From NCBI GenBank assembly GCA_965223345.1, contig CBDCWG010000012.1, positions 320,001 through 384,000 on the forward strand: a stretch of 64,000 bases of DNA, read 5' to 3'. The notes under the pieces were generated by a model that ran no database searches, was not told where the DNA came from, and saw only the letters and a list, made by a program, of their open reading frames with translations. The stretch comes from Nitrospinales bacterium. GTDB taxonomy: Bacteria; Nitrospinota; Nitrospinia; Nitrospinales; VA-1. Positions within the stretch are counted from its first letter, which is position 1. The number at the start of each line of letters is the position of its first letter. Below, in pieces: positions 47,298-57,324 of this stretch. The position numbers and the translations under genes are program-made.

Positions 47298-50003
47298 ATG
47301 AATGATTCGGTCACATCCTACAAATTCGGCATCAATTTCGAACCGGTGCGCCACATCCCGGAAGACCCGAAGGAGCGCCTGCCCTATTTCCAGGCCCTGA
47401 AAGCCCTGTTGTCGCAGGAGAAACGGAAAATCCAGGCCTGGCACCAGAGCGGCGTGGGCGGCCGCGAGGTCATTCAGGCGCACACGTCGCTGATCGACGA
47501 GGTCATCCGGCACCTGCTGGTTTCGCTCGCGGCTCTGCCTGTGTATCAGGGCAAGCAGATCCTGGACGAGTTCGCGCTGGTGGCGGTGGGTGGCTACGGA
47601 CGCGGCGAGCTCAACCCGTTCTCCGACATCGACCTGCTGTTTCTCAACCCGCCGAAGATCAAAAAATCGACCGACGAATTCGTGCAGGACCTCATCTCGG
47701 TCTTCTGGGGCATCGGCATGGAGATCGGCCACAGCTGCCGCACGGTCAAGGAATGCATCCAGCTGGCGCACGAAGACATCACCATCAAGACCTCGCTCAT
47801 CGAAACGCGCTTTCTGTTCGGCAACCGGTCGATCTACGACAAGTTCTGCGATTCGTTCGCGCGCAATGTGCTGAAGAAAAACATCCGCGCCTTCCTCGAT
47901 TTCAAGCTGGAGGAAAAAGCCAAGCGCTACGGCACGCAGGAGGAGATGGTCTGCGTGCAGGAGCCCAATGTGAAAGACGGTCCGGGCGGCCTGCGGGATT
48001 ACCACACCGCTCTGTGGGCGGCGGCGGTGCGCTACGGTTCGCTGTCGCTGCGCGAGATCGGCCAGAACGAGATGATTTCCAGCGGCGAGGTGGACGCGCT
48101 GTACGAATCGGTGAATTTCCTGCTGCGGGTGCGTAACGAGCTGCACTACCAAGTGAAGAAAAAATCCGATCTGCTGACGCTGGATCTGCAAAAGAAGATC
48201 GCCGCCAGCCTGGGGTATCCCTCACAAAACGACGCGGTGTGCGTGGAAAGTTTCATGCGCGATTATTTCCTGCACGCGACGACCATCTACAAGTTTTCCA
48301 AAACCATCTTCGAGTTGTGCCGGCATTCGAAGCGCGGCCTGAAAACCGTGCTGTCCGCCCTCACGCAGAAACCGCTGGGTGAGGGGTTCCTGGCGAAAGA
48401 ATCGTCGCTGATCCTGGAAAAGGACGCGGACAAATTTTTTGCCGACGATCCGACGCGGCTGCTCAAGCTGTTCGACCTGTGCCGCGAACACGGTCTGGAA
48501 CCGAATTTTCAGCTCAAGCGGCAGATCCGCGTCAACAAGCACCTGCTGGACAACGAATTTCTGCGCGATCCCTGGGTCAAGACTTTTCTGTTTGCCACGC
48601 TGGAAAACCCGCGTTCGATCCAAAGCCTGAGGCTGATGCACGAGACGGAAGTCCTCGGCCAGATCCTGCCGGAATTCGGCCGCGCCCACTGCCGGGTGAG
48701 TTACGATTTCTACCACCAGTACACCGCCGATGAGCATTCTCTGCGGATGGTGTATTTTCTCGAGGAGCTGGTGGGCGCCGACGGCCAGGACCTGGGCGAG
48801 CTGGGAGAGATCTACACCGCCCTGCCTTCGCAGGCCCAGCTCAAGCTGGCGGCGCTGCTGCAATCGATGGGCAAACAGGAAAATCCGGCCGAGACGCAGT
48901 GCGAAACCGAAGCGCTCGACGCCATCGCTGAACGCCTGCAGTTCGACGCCAACGATCTGGAGACGCTGAAGTTTCTGGTGGAACAGCAAAACGCCATGGT
49001 GGAGGCGGCCCTGCACCAGGACATCCGCCAGCCGGCGACGGTGCGCGGCTTCGCGCAGAAGGTGGCGACCCGCGAACGGCTCGACCTGCTTTATCTCATG
49101 ACCTACGCCGATCTGCGCGCGGTGGCTCCGGGCACCTGGACGTCCTGGAAAAAAGTGCTGCTCTCGGAGCTGTACCACCGCACCGGCGACTATCTGGAAC
49201 GTCCCGAATCCCTCAAGCAGATCCCGCAGGCGACGCGGGAAGAGGTGTACAAGGCGCTCAACTGGGAGTTCACGGCAGAGGAAATCGAAAAGCACCTGAG
49301 CCTGCTGCCCAAGGACTACCTGCTCGCCTCGCGGCCGGAAGAAGTGGCGCTGCACCTGCGTCTCATCCGTCCGCTCAAGAACCACGGTTTCATCCTGCAC
49401 CATCAGTTCAACGAGGACGGGGATTACCACAACCTGACGCTGTGCTGCATGGCGAAAATGGAGGCGTTCAAGAAACTGGTGGGCACAGTGACGTCGAAAA
49501 ACCTCAACATCCTGGGTGCGCAGATCTATCTTAAAAAAGACGGCATCGTGATCCTCTCCATCCAGGTGGCGACGCCGAAAAACTTTCTGCCCAACGACAT
49601 GAAAATCTGGAAGGAGGTCAAGGAAACGCTGGAAGAGGTGCTGAGCGAACGCATCACGCTGCCGGCGCTCTTGGCGTCGCGCACGCGCTACGTGAAACCG
49701 CGCGCCGCTTCGCTGCCGATCGTGCCGAAGATCCGCATCGAAAACGCCGCCAACCACCCGTACACGCTGCTGCGCATCGAGGCGCGGGATCACCTGGGCA
49801 TGCTGTACAAGATCGCCAAGGTCATCGCCGATTTCGGCATCCAGATCCACCGGGCGAAAGTTTCGACGCAGGGCAACCGCGGCATCGACGTGTTTTACAT
49901 TTCGCTGAAAAACAAAAAGCTCGTGTTTCCCAAGCTGATCCGCCGCATCAAGGAACGGCTGGTGCACGCGCTGTTGATGGACAAGGTGGAAGACATCGGA
50001 TGA
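47298..50003 (+). CDS. glnD: [Protein-PII] uridylyltransferase (HD motif degenerate)
   Basis: GGYGRGELNPFSDIDL, EPNVKDGPGGLRD, YHQYTADEHS and C-terminal ACT domains. Confidence 0.93.
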   Translation: MNDSVTSYKFGINFEPVRHIPEDPKERLPYFQALKALLSQEKRKIQAWHQSGVGGREVIQAHTSLIDEVIRHLLVSLAALPVYQGKQILDEFALVAVGGYGRGELNPFSDIDLLFLNPPKIKKSTDEFVQDLISVFWGIGMEIGHSCRTVKECIQLAHEDITIKTSLIETRFLFGNRSIYDKFCDSFARNVLKKNIRAFLDFKLEEKAKRYGTQEEMVCVQEPNVKDGPGGLRDYHTALWAAAVRYGSLSLREIGQNEMISSGEVDALYESVNFLLRVRNELHYQVKKKSDLLTLDLQKKIAASLGYPSQNDAVCVESFMRDYFLHATTIYKFSKTIFELCRHSKRGLKTVLSALTQKPLGEGFLAKESSLILEKDADKFFADDPTRLLKLFDLCREHGLEPNFQLKRQIRVNKHLLDNEFLRDPWVKTFLFATLENPRSIQSLRLMHETEVLGQILPEFGRAHCRVSYDFYHQYTADEHSLRMVYFLEELVGADGQDLGELGEIYTALPSQAQLKLAALLQSMGKQENPAETQCETEALDAIAERLQFDANDLETLKFLVEQQNAMVEAALHQDIRQPATVRGFAQKVATRERLDLLYLMTYADLRAVAPGTWTSWKKVLLSELYHRTGDYLERPESLKQIPQATREEVYKALNWEFTAEEIEKHLSLLPKDYLLASRPEEVALHLRLIRPLKNHGFILHHQFNEDGDYHNLTLCCMAKMEAFKKLVGTVTSKNLNILGAQIYLKKDGIVILSIQVATPKNFLPNDMKIWKEVKETLEEVLSERITLPALLASRTRYVKPRAASLPIVPKIRIENAANHPYTLLRIEARDHLGMLYKIAKVIADFGIQIHRAKVSTQGNRGIDVFYISLKNKKLVFPKLIRRIKERLVHALLMDKVEDIG

Positions 50004-50359
50004 CACCCTACCTCCTGGCAGGCCTGCTGATTCTCTCCAACGGCTGGGTTGCCGCCAACCACAACGCACCTGAACCCGATAAGGCGCTGGGCGAGAAGAC
50101 CTACAAGGAGCGCTGCACGGTGTGCCACGGCGTGAACGGCGACGGCAACAACTTCGTCGCCACGGTGCTCGACCCGCCGCCGAAAGACTTCACCTCCGCG
50201 GAATCGAAAAAGCAGCTGACCTTGAAGCGGATGATCCGCTCGGCGACGGAAGGGCGGCCGGGAACGGCGATGATGCCGTGGAAGGACGTCCTCTCTCCTG
50301 AAGAGATTTCCGCTGTGATCGCCTACATCCGCTCACAGTTCATGAAGCTCGACTCCTGA
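50000..50359 (+). CDS. Class I cytochrome c (monoheme)
   Basis: Signal peptide, CTVCHG and GRPGTAMMPW; ATGA overlap with glnD. Confidence 0.92.
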   Translation: MTPYLLAGLLILSNGWVAANHNAPEPDKALGEKTYKERCTVCHGVNGDGNNFVATVLDPPPKDFTSAESKKQLTLKRMIRSATEGRPGTAMMPWKDVLSPEEISAVIAYIRSQFMKLDS

Positions 50360-50488
50360 CTCCTGCGCGGAGGGCGAGTTTGCTCACGACTGGCAGCACA
50401 GATCCGTTGTACGCAAACTCCAAGCCCCCTCTTCTATCTTGACGAAATCTCTGCATAAGTCGAATGTTTAAGAATTCCAGCGCTTAGC

Positions 50489-50564
50489 GTCACCCTGAGC
50501 TTGTCGAAGGGTGCGTTGAATCATGCTTCGACAGAGCTTGTCCTGAGCTTGCCGAAGGACTCAG
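50489..50564. repeat. Cluster of REP-like palindromic repeats
   Basis: GTCACCCTGAGCTTGTCGAAGGGTG followed by TTCGACAGAGCTTGTCCTGAGCTTGCCGAAGGACTCAG. Confidence 0.8.
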
Positions 50565-50726
50565 CATGAAAAACAAAAACTTATGCAAAAGATCTTCCGA
50601 AGTCATCCCCGCTCACGCCGCTCCTCGCCGGAGGGGCGACTTGCTCGCGCAGCGCGATGTTTCCCGATTCGGAGCAAATGTTTCAGCCGCACCTCTCTTG
50701 AGGCAACGCGAAGTCACACCTCCGCA

Positions 50727-51035
50727 TCACTTTTTCACGGTTTTTCCGAGTTTGCTTTCGATGGAAGCCATTTTGGATTGCAACCGCCCGCTCTTGCCCT
50801 TGCGGTAGTCGATCTTGATCGAACAGGTGATGCGGCCGCAGTCGGACTGCATTTTGTCGAAGCAGGCCTTGACCACCTGCATCACTTCATCCCATTCGCC
50901 TTCCAGGACGGTTCCCATCGGGTTTAAGCGGTAATCGACCCCGCTTTCGTCGATGATCTTCAAGGACCGGCTGACGTAATCGCTGACGCTTTCCCCTTTG
51001 TCCATCGGGGACATGCTGAATTCCAGAAGTACCAT
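50727..51035 (-). CDS. MTH1187/YkoF family (thiamine-binding) protein
   Basis: EFSMSP....ESVSDYV and SGVDYRLNPMGTVLEGEW. Confidence 0.9.
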   Translation of the reverse strand: MVLLEFSMSPMDKGESVSDYVSRSLKIIDESGVDYRLNPMGTVLEGEWDEVMQVVKACFDKMQSDCGRITCSIKIDYRKGKSGRLQSKMASIESKLGKTVKK

Positions 51036-51158
51036 GTTTTGAATTCCTTATAAAAAAATTTCCTTGCATTTTAGAGGGCAATTGTGAAATGATCAACTTT
51101 CCCCATTCGAAATCCTGTATGGAGTTTCGAACATCCCAAGCGAAGGCGGTAAAATGCA

Positions 51159-52241
51159 TTGCCCAAAATCTCGGATTTACGCGACAAGATAGACAAGATC
51201 GACGATCAGCTGCTCAAGCTGATCAACCGGCGGGCCGCCCTGGCGATCCAGATCGGTAAGGAAAAACATAAGAAAAACCGCAGCAACCATTTCCACGTTC
51301 CCCACCGGGAGCGGGAAATCATCGAGCGCCTGAAAAGCAGCAACACCGGTCCCTTCCCCGACGATTGCATCGAATCGGTGTTCAAGGAAGTGTTTTCCGC
51401 CACCCTTGCGCTTGAAAAACCCCTCAATATCGGCTTTCTCGGCCCGAAAACCACGTTCAGCCACCAGGCCGCCGTCAAGCAGTTCGGTCATTCGGTGGTG
51501 CTCACGCCTCTGGCCAATATCGAAGCCATTTTCAAGGAAGTGGAGCAGGGCGTCTGCGACTACGGCATCGTGCCGGTGGAAAACTCCACCGAAGGGGTCA
51601 TCAACCTGACGCTCGACTGCTTCGTCGATTCCAAGCTCCTGGTCTGTGACGAGCTGAAACTGGGCATCGACCTTTACCTGCTCTCCACCCTCAAAGACGC
51701 CAAACAGATCAAGACGGTGTTTTCGCATCCGCAACCGCTGGCGCAGTGCCGCGGCTGGCTGAACCAGAACCTGCCCTGGGCGGAAACGGTTCCCGCTTCC
51801 AGCACCGCCAATGCCGCGGAACAGGCGCAGCAGGAAAAACACGCGGCGGCGATCGCCGGTCCGCTGGCCGCGGAGGTCTACGAGCTCAACGTGCTCTCGA
51901 AAAACATCCAGGACCGGCGCGACAATTTCACCCGCTTCTGGGTGATCGGCAAGGAGGAGGCCAAAAAAGCCCGGAAAAATAAAACCTCCATCATGTTTTC
52001 CATCAAGGATGAGGCGGGCTCGCTGCTCAAAGCGCTGCGGCTGTTCGCCCGGCACGACATCAACCTCACCAAGATCCAGTCGCGCCCGTTGCGCAACCGG
52101 GCCTGGGAGTACCTGTTCTACGTCGATTTCGACGGCCATGTCGATGAAGAAAAAGTCCAGAAGGTGCTGGCGACGCTGGGCCGTCACTGTTTATTCTTGA
52201 GAGTCATGGGCTCTTATCCGAAAGCGGGGACCCGCACATGA
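51159..52241 (+). CDS. pheA: Chorismate mutase/prephenate dehydratase (P-protein)
   Basis: LRDKIDKID, LGPKTTFS, PVENSTEG, SHPQPLAQC, NFTRF and TKIQSRP. TTG start. Confidence 0.95.
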   Translation: MPKISDLRDKIDKIDDQLLKLINRRAALAIQIGKEKHKKNRSNHFHVPHREREIIERLKSSNTGPFPDDCIESVFKEVFSATLALEKPLNIGFLGPKTTFSHQAAVKQFGHSVVLTPLANIEAIFKEVEQGVCDYGIVPVENSTEGVINLTLDCFVDSKLLVCDELKLGIDLYLLSTLKDAKQIKTVFSHPQPLAQCRGWLNQNLPWAETVPASSTANAAEQAQQEKHAAAIAGPLAAEVYELNVLSKNIQDRRDNFTRFWVIGKEEAKKARKNKTSIMFSIKDEAGSLLKALRLFARHDINLTKIQSRPLRNRAWEYLFYVDFDGHVDEEKVQKVLATLGRHCLFLRVMGSYPKAGTRT

Positions 52242-53101
52242 AACTTTTCAATCAATTGACCATCGTGGGCGTGGGTCTTCTCGGCGGGTCCCTGGCCCGG
52301 GCCGTCAGAAAGCTGGGCCTGGCCGACACCCTCGTCGGCTGCGGCCGCAATCTCGATAACCTCCAAGAAGCCAAATCGCTTGGGTTGATCGACGCCTATA
52401 AGCAGGATCCGGCGGCGGCGGTGAAGGGCTCGGACGGCGTCATCCTGTGCTCTCCGGTGGGCACGATGCAGTCTCTGGTGGAGGCGATGCTGCCCAGCCT
52501 GGAGGCGGGATGCCTGCTCACCGATGTGGGTTCTGTGAAAAGCTCGGTGGTGCAGCAGATCGAAGCGCTGCTGCCGGAGCACATCGCGTTCATCGGGTCG
52601 CACCCGATCGCGGGCGGGGAAAAGTCGGGGCTGCACGCCTCGAGCGCGGAGCTGTTTCAGGGGGCCAACTGCATCGTCACGCCGACCGGACGCTCGAAGC
52701 CGGAAGCGCTCACCAAAACGTGTTCTTTGTGGGAGCGGCTCGGGATGCGGGTGGTGACGATGGATGTGGAGGAGCACGATTTCATTTTCGGCGCGGTGAG
52801 TCATCTGCCCCACGTCATCGCCTACGTGCTGATGAACACGATCGGCGGCCTCTCGACGGAAAACCACGGGGAGATCACTTCCTTTTCCGGCAAGGGGCTC
52901 AAAGACATCACCCGCATCGCCGGCAGCGATCCGGTGATGTGGCGGGACATCTGCGTCGCCAACAAACGGCCGGTGTTGCATCTGATCGACGATTTTCAGG
53001 AAGCGCTGCTCAAGGTGCGGCAATGGATCGAAGAGGAAGACGGCGGTGCGCTGAAGGAATCGTTCGCCAGCGCCAACCGTTACCGGCTGAACCTGACGTG
53101 A
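52238..53101 (+). CDS. tyrA: Prephenate/arogenate dehydrogenase
   Basis: GVGLLGGS, TDVGSVK, HPIAGGEKSG, SHLPH and DITRIA. Confidence 0.95.
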   Translation: MKLFNQLTIVGVGLLGGSLARAVRKLGLADTLVGCGRNLDNLQEAKSLGLIDAYKQDPAAAVKGSDGVILCSPVGTMQSLVEAMLPSLEAGCLLTDVGSVKSSVVQQIEALLPEHIAFIGSHPIAGGEKSGLHASSAELFQGANCIVTPTGRSKPEALTKTCSLWERLGMRVVTMDVEEHDFIFGAVSHLPHVIAYVLMNTIGGLSTENHGEITSFSGKGLKDITRIAGSDPVMWRDICVANKRPVLHLIDDFQEALLKVRQWIEEEDGGALKESFASANRYRLNLT

Positions 53102-53186
53102 TTTTTCAATCCAGCGTGCCGGACTCAAAGCGCTTGAAAACGAACTTTGCGAAACCAGCACCACCGTCTGAGCCTGACGTAAACTT

Positions 53187-53846
53187 ATGATGATCATCGC
53201 GATCGACGGACCTGCGGGGAGCGGGAAAAGCTCTGTGGCCAAAATCCTGGCCAAACGGCTGCACTACCGGCACATCGACACGGGATCGATGTACCGGGCG
53301 GTGGCGTGGAAATCGCTCGGCGCCGGCGTCGATCTTTCCCGCGAGGAAGCCGTGGTGAAAATCGCCGAAGACATGGCGATCGAACTGGTTCCGCACGAAA
53401 CCGGCCAGCGGGTGCGGGTGGACGGCGAAGACGTGACGGCGCATCTGTACAACGAGGAAGTCGGCCGCGGCGCGGCCGCAGTCGCCAGCCTGGCCAGGGT
53501 GAGGGACATGCTGGTGGCAAAACAGCGGGAAATCGGCAAGAACGGTTCGGTGGTGATGGACGGCCGCGACATCGGCACGGTGGTGTTTCCCGAGGCGGAG
53601 AAAAAGTTTTTTCTGGAAGCCAGCCCCGAGGAACGGGGACGGCGGCGGTATCTGGAACTGAAAGACAAAGGCAAGGACGTCGATCTGGATTCGATCGTCG
53701 AGCAGGTGAAGCAGCGGGATTACGAAGACCGCAACCGCAGCGTATCTCCGCTGATACCGGCGGCCGATGCGATTCAGTTGAACACGACGAAGATGGATCT
53801 CAACGAGGTCGCGGACACCTTGCTCAAATGGATCGAAAGTGAATGA
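53187..53846 (+). CDS. cmk: Cytidylate kinase
   Basis: IAIDGPAGSGKS, DTGSMYR, DGRDIGTVVFP and RDYEDRNRSVSPL. Confidence 0.97.
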   Translation: MMIIAIDGPAGSGKSSVAKILAKRLHYRHIDTGSMYRAVAWKSLGAGVDLSREEAVVKIAEDMAIELVPHETGQRVRVDGEDVTAHLYNEEVGRGAAAVASLARVRDMLVAKQREIGKNGSVVMDGRDIGTVVFPEAEKKFFLEASPEERGRRRYLELKDKGKDVDLDSIVEQVKQRDYEDRNRSVSPLIPAADAIQLNTTKMDLNEVADTLLKWIESE

Positions 53847-53970
53847 AGGCCGGGAGGGACCGGCCGGCTTTTGGCATCGCAAGCGCACAAATCCTGAAAT
53901 CAGGAAACGCATACAATCAATCGAGGGTGCGGCCCTCATTTTATCAACAGAAAGTGAGACGGTTTGAATC

Positions 53971-55680
53971 ATGAAAAAGCAAGCGGACGTTATTGCTCAG
54001 ATGGAATTGGATGATCTTGAGGAAAAGGAGGTGTTGTCTCCCGAAGATCAGGCGGCCATGGAAGAGATGGAAGCTTATTTCAGTGAAAGTCTGGGACAGT
54101 TCAAGGAAGGACAGATCATCAACGGCAAGGTGATCAGCATGTCCAAGGACGCGGTGATCGTGGATGTGGGCTTCAAATCCGAGGGCATCATCTCTTTGTC
54201 GGAATTTCCCGACCACGGCAAGAACCTGTCGATCGGCGACGACATCGAGGTGTACCTGGAACGGGTCGAGGACAACGACGGCAATGTGGTGCTCTCGAAG
54301 GAAAAAGCCAACAAGATCAAAATCTGGGACGAGCTGGTCAAGACCTACGAAGCGGACGAAACCATCGAGGGAGTGGTGGTGGCCAAGGCCAAAGGCGGCC
54401 TGACGGTGGACATCGGGCTGAAAGCGTTTCTGCCCGGTTCGCAGATCGATCTGCGGCCGATGCGCAACCTGGAAAAGCTGATGGGCGAGAAGTTCAAGAT
54501 GAAGATCATCAAAATGAACAAAAAGCGCGGCAACATCGTGCTTTCCCGCCGCATCCTGCTGGAGGAGCAGCGCAAGCAGCTGCGCGAGGGCACGCTGGAA
54601 CAGATGAAGGAAGGCAACCTCATCGAAGGCATCGTCAAAAACATCACCGAATACGGTGTGTTCATCGATCTCGGCGGCATGGACGGCCTGCTGCACATCA
54701 CCGACATGTCCTGGGGACGGGTGAACCATCCTTCGGAAATGTTTTCCATCGGCGACAAGGTCAAAGTGATGGTGCTGAAATACGACAAGGAAAAAGAACG
54801 CGTTTCTCTCGGCCTCAAGCAGATCACGCCCGATCCCTGGGTCGAGGTGGATCAGAAGTTTCCGGTAGACACCCGCATCAAGGGCAAGGTGGTCAGCATC
54901 ACCGATTACGGCGTGTTCGTGGAACTGGAAAAAGGCATCGAGGGGCTGGTGCACATCTCCGAGATGAGCTGGAGCCGGCATGTGAAACACCCGAGCAAGG
55001 TGGTTTCGATCGGCGACGAAGTCGAGGCGGTGGTCCTCACCCTCGACAAGGAACGCAAGCGGATTTCCCTGGGCATGAAGCAGATCGAACCGAACCCGTG
55101 GGAGAGCATCGACGAAAAATACCCCATCGGTTCGGAGGTATCCGGCATGGTGCGCAACCTCACGGACTTCGGCGCGTTCGTGGAGCTGGAAGACGGGGTG
55201 GACGGGTTGATCCACATCTCCGATCTGAGCTGGAAAAAAATCAAGCATCCTTCGGAAATGCTGAAAAAGAAAGACAAGGTCAAATCGGTGGTGTTGAGCA
55301 TCGACAAGGACAACTGCCGCATCTCGCTGGGCGTCAAGCAGCTGGAGCCGGACCCCTGGGACGACATCGCCAAAAATTACCCGGTGGGCACCGATGTCAG
55401 CGGCACCATCATCAAGGTGACGAGTTTCGGTGCGTTCGCCGAGTTCGGGGACGGGCTCGAAGGGCTGATCCACGTTTCGCAGCTCAGCTCGCAGAAGGTC
55501 AGCCATCCCGACCAGGTCGTCAAGGTGGACGATGCGATCAAGGCCAAGGTGATCAAGGTGGACACGGCCAGCAAAAAGATCGCATTGAGCATCAAGGCGT
55601 TCGAGGAAAATTTGGACATTCCGGCCATCGAGCAGGAACAGGCGCAGATCGAAAGTTTCAAGGAAGAGGACAATTCCTGA
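53971..55680 (+). CDS. rpsA: 30S ribosomal protein S1
   Basis: Multiple S1 domains; DVGFKSEG, AFLPGSQID and DGLLHITDMSW. Confidence 0.98.
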   Translation: MKKQADVIAQMELDDLEEKEVLSPEDQAAMEEMEAYFSESLGQFKEGQIINGKVISMSKDAVIVDVGFKSEGIISLSEFPDHGKNLSIGDDIEVYLERVEDNDGNVVLSKEKANKIKIWDELVKTYEADETIEGVVVAKAKGGLTVDIGLKAFLPGSQIDLRPMRNLEKLMGEKFKMKIIKMNKKRGNIVLSRRILLEEQRKQLREGTLEQMKEGNLIEGIVKNITEYGVFIDLGGMDGLLHITDMSWGRVNHPSEMFSIGDKVKVMVLKYDKEKERVSLGLKQITPDPWVEVDQKFPVDTRIKGKVVSITDYGVFVELEKGIEGLVHISEMSWSRHVKHPSKVVSIGDEVEAVVLTLDKERKRISLGMKQIEPNPWESIDEKYPIGSEVSGMVRNLTDFGAFVELEDGVDGLIHISDLSWKKIKHPSEMLKKKDKVKSVVLSIDKDNCRISLGVKQLEPDPWDDIAKNYPVGTDVSGTIIKVTSFGAFAEFGDGLEGLIHVSQLSSQKVSHPDQVVKVDDAIKAKVIKVDTASKKIALSIKAFEENLDIPAIEQEQAQIESFKEEDNS

Positions 55681-55724
55681 GTCGTTCCCCCTCGCCGCTT
55701 TGCAGTGAATCTGCCACACGGATT

Positions 55725-55746
55725 GCGGCCCCGGTTCCGGGGCCGC
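55725..55746 (+). terminator. GC-rich hairpin downstream of rpsA
   Basis: GCGGCCCCGG-TT-CCGGGGCCGC followed by a pyrimidine-rich tract; no immediate U-run. Confidence 0.5.
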
Positions 55747-55850
55747 CGTTCCTCCCCCTTCTTTTCTCTGGATACATTTTGATTTGTCTTTAAAATTTCT
55801 GTATATACAAATCAGTACGCATCCGGTTTGATTTTTTTCAGGAACCCGCC

Positions 55851-56765
55851 ATGGAATTTTCCAGCTCCCGCAAACCGAGACGGTCTTTCGGCAAGACCCT
55901 GTTGTTTTTCATTCTGGGCGCTTTTCTGCTGCTCATGATCACGTCCGTCATTTCCGCGCTGCTGCCGGACGACATGATGGGCGGCTCCGAAGAGGCGATC
56001 GCCCTGGTGGAAGTGCGCGGCATGATCACCGACTCGCAGGACGTGGTCCGCCAGCTGGCGCATTACCGGGACGCTAAAAACATCCGCGGCATCGTCCTGC
56101 GCATCGATTCTCCCGGCGGCGGCGTGGCCCCGTCTCAGGAGATCTACGATGCGGTGCTCAGGGTGAAGGAAAGCCAGAAAAAGATCTTCGCGTCGATGGG
56201 CAGTGTGGCCGCATCCGGCGGTTATTACATCGCCAGCGCGGCGGACACGATCTTCGCCAATCCGGGTACTCTGACCGGAAGCATCGGGGTGATCATGGCG
56301 TTCTCCAATGTGGAGGAGTTGGCTTCCAAATTGGGCATCCGGCCGGAGGTGATCAAAAGCGGCAAGTTCAAGGACGCTGGCTCGCCGGTGAGGCCCCTGT
56401 CCAAGGAGGACCGGGAGCTGCTGCAGCAGCTGGTGGACGATGTGCAGGATCAGTTCGTCGAGGCGGTCGCGGAAGGCCGGCAACTGCCGCCGGAAGAGGT
56501 GAAGAAAGTTGCGGATGGACGCGTGTTCACGGGACGCCAGGCGCTGGAAATGAAAATGGTGGACCAGCTCGGCGGTCTGCAGGACAGCATCGAACACATG
56601 GCGGAACTGGTGGGAATCGAGGGAACGCCGAAGGTGGTTCAGGAAACCGAAAAAGTGCACTTTCTCGATTGGCTGATGCAGGCGGCGTTTTACAGGGAAA
56701 TCAAAAGTTCCCTCAGCCCGGATCGCATCCCCTCGCTGCAGTTTCTCTGGGTAGCCCCCAAATAA
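55851..56765 (+). CDS. sppA: Signal peptide peptidase SppA (36K type)
   Basis: RIDSPGG, AASGGYYIA, TGSIGV and KSGKFKD. Confidence 0.95.
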   Translation: MEFSSSRKPRRSFGKTLLFFILGAFLLLMITSVISALLPDDMMGGSEEAIALVEVRGMITDSQDVVRQLAHYRDAKNIRGIVLRIDSPGGGVAPSQEIYDAVLRVKESQKKIFASMGSVAASGGYYIASAADTIFANPGTLTGSIGVIMAFSNVEELASKLGIRPEVIKSGKFKDAGSPVRPLSKEDRELLQQLVDDVQDQFVEAVAEGRQLPPEEVKKVADGRVFTGRQALEMKMVDQLGGLQDSIEHMAELVGIEGTPKVVQETEKVHFLDWLMQAAFYREIKSSLSPDRIPSLQFLWVAPK

Positions 56766-56954
56766 ACAATTTCTTAGTCTACAGACGGCGGCGCGATGCC
56801 CCCCCTTGCGCGTCGAAAACGCCCCCATCATTTCATTAAAATTTCGTAAAATTTCATTCTTTAGGCATCACTTTTGGGTTGACTTTTGGGATAGGTTCGA
56901 TTTTGTTGACCGGAAATTAAGCAAAAAAAAAATTCCGAGGCGCTTGTAAAGGGC

Positions 56955-56982
56955 TTGACTTCATTGACTTTAGTGCTATACT
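56955..56982 (+). promoter_or_regulatory. Putative sigma70 promoter of ihfB (TTGACT-16-TGcTATACT)
   Basis: Near-consensus -35 and an extended -10. Confidence 0.6.
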
Positions 56983-57045
56983 TTCGAGCGAACTTACTCC
57001 TACAAACATACCAAGATATTAATTTGCTGGGCGGGGGGCTGATTA

Positions 57046-57324
57046 ATGACTAAGGCAGAGCTGGTTGAAAAAGTCGCGAACCAAATCAATCTGACCAAGA
57101 AACAAACTGAAATCGTCGTCAACACGGTGTTTCAAAGCATTACCGAATCCCTCAGTCAAGGTAAGAAAGTCGAGTTGCGGGGATTCGGCAGTTTCAGGAT
57201 CCGCGAAAGAAACGCTCGTATCGGTCGCAACCCAAAATCAGGAGACAAGGTGGATGTGCCTGCGAAAAAAGTTCCTTTCTTCAAAGCGGGCAAGGAGTTG
57301 CGGGAACTTGTTGATCATGAATGA
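57046..57324 (+). CDS. ihfB: Integration host factor beta / HU family protein
   Basis: MTKAELVE, ELRGFGSF, GRNPKSG and FKAGKELRE; typical position after rpsA-sppA. Confidence 0.88.
   Translation: MTKAELVEKVANQINLTKKQTEIVVNTVFQSITESLSQGKKVELRGFGSFRIRERNARIGRNPKSGDKVDVPAKKVPFFKAGKELRELVDHE

Noticed and set aside
50566..50808. 80-aa ORF after the REP cluster, and 57321-57692 after ihfB
   Set aside because: No recognisable motif, atypical composition, and overlap with repeats or a real gene.
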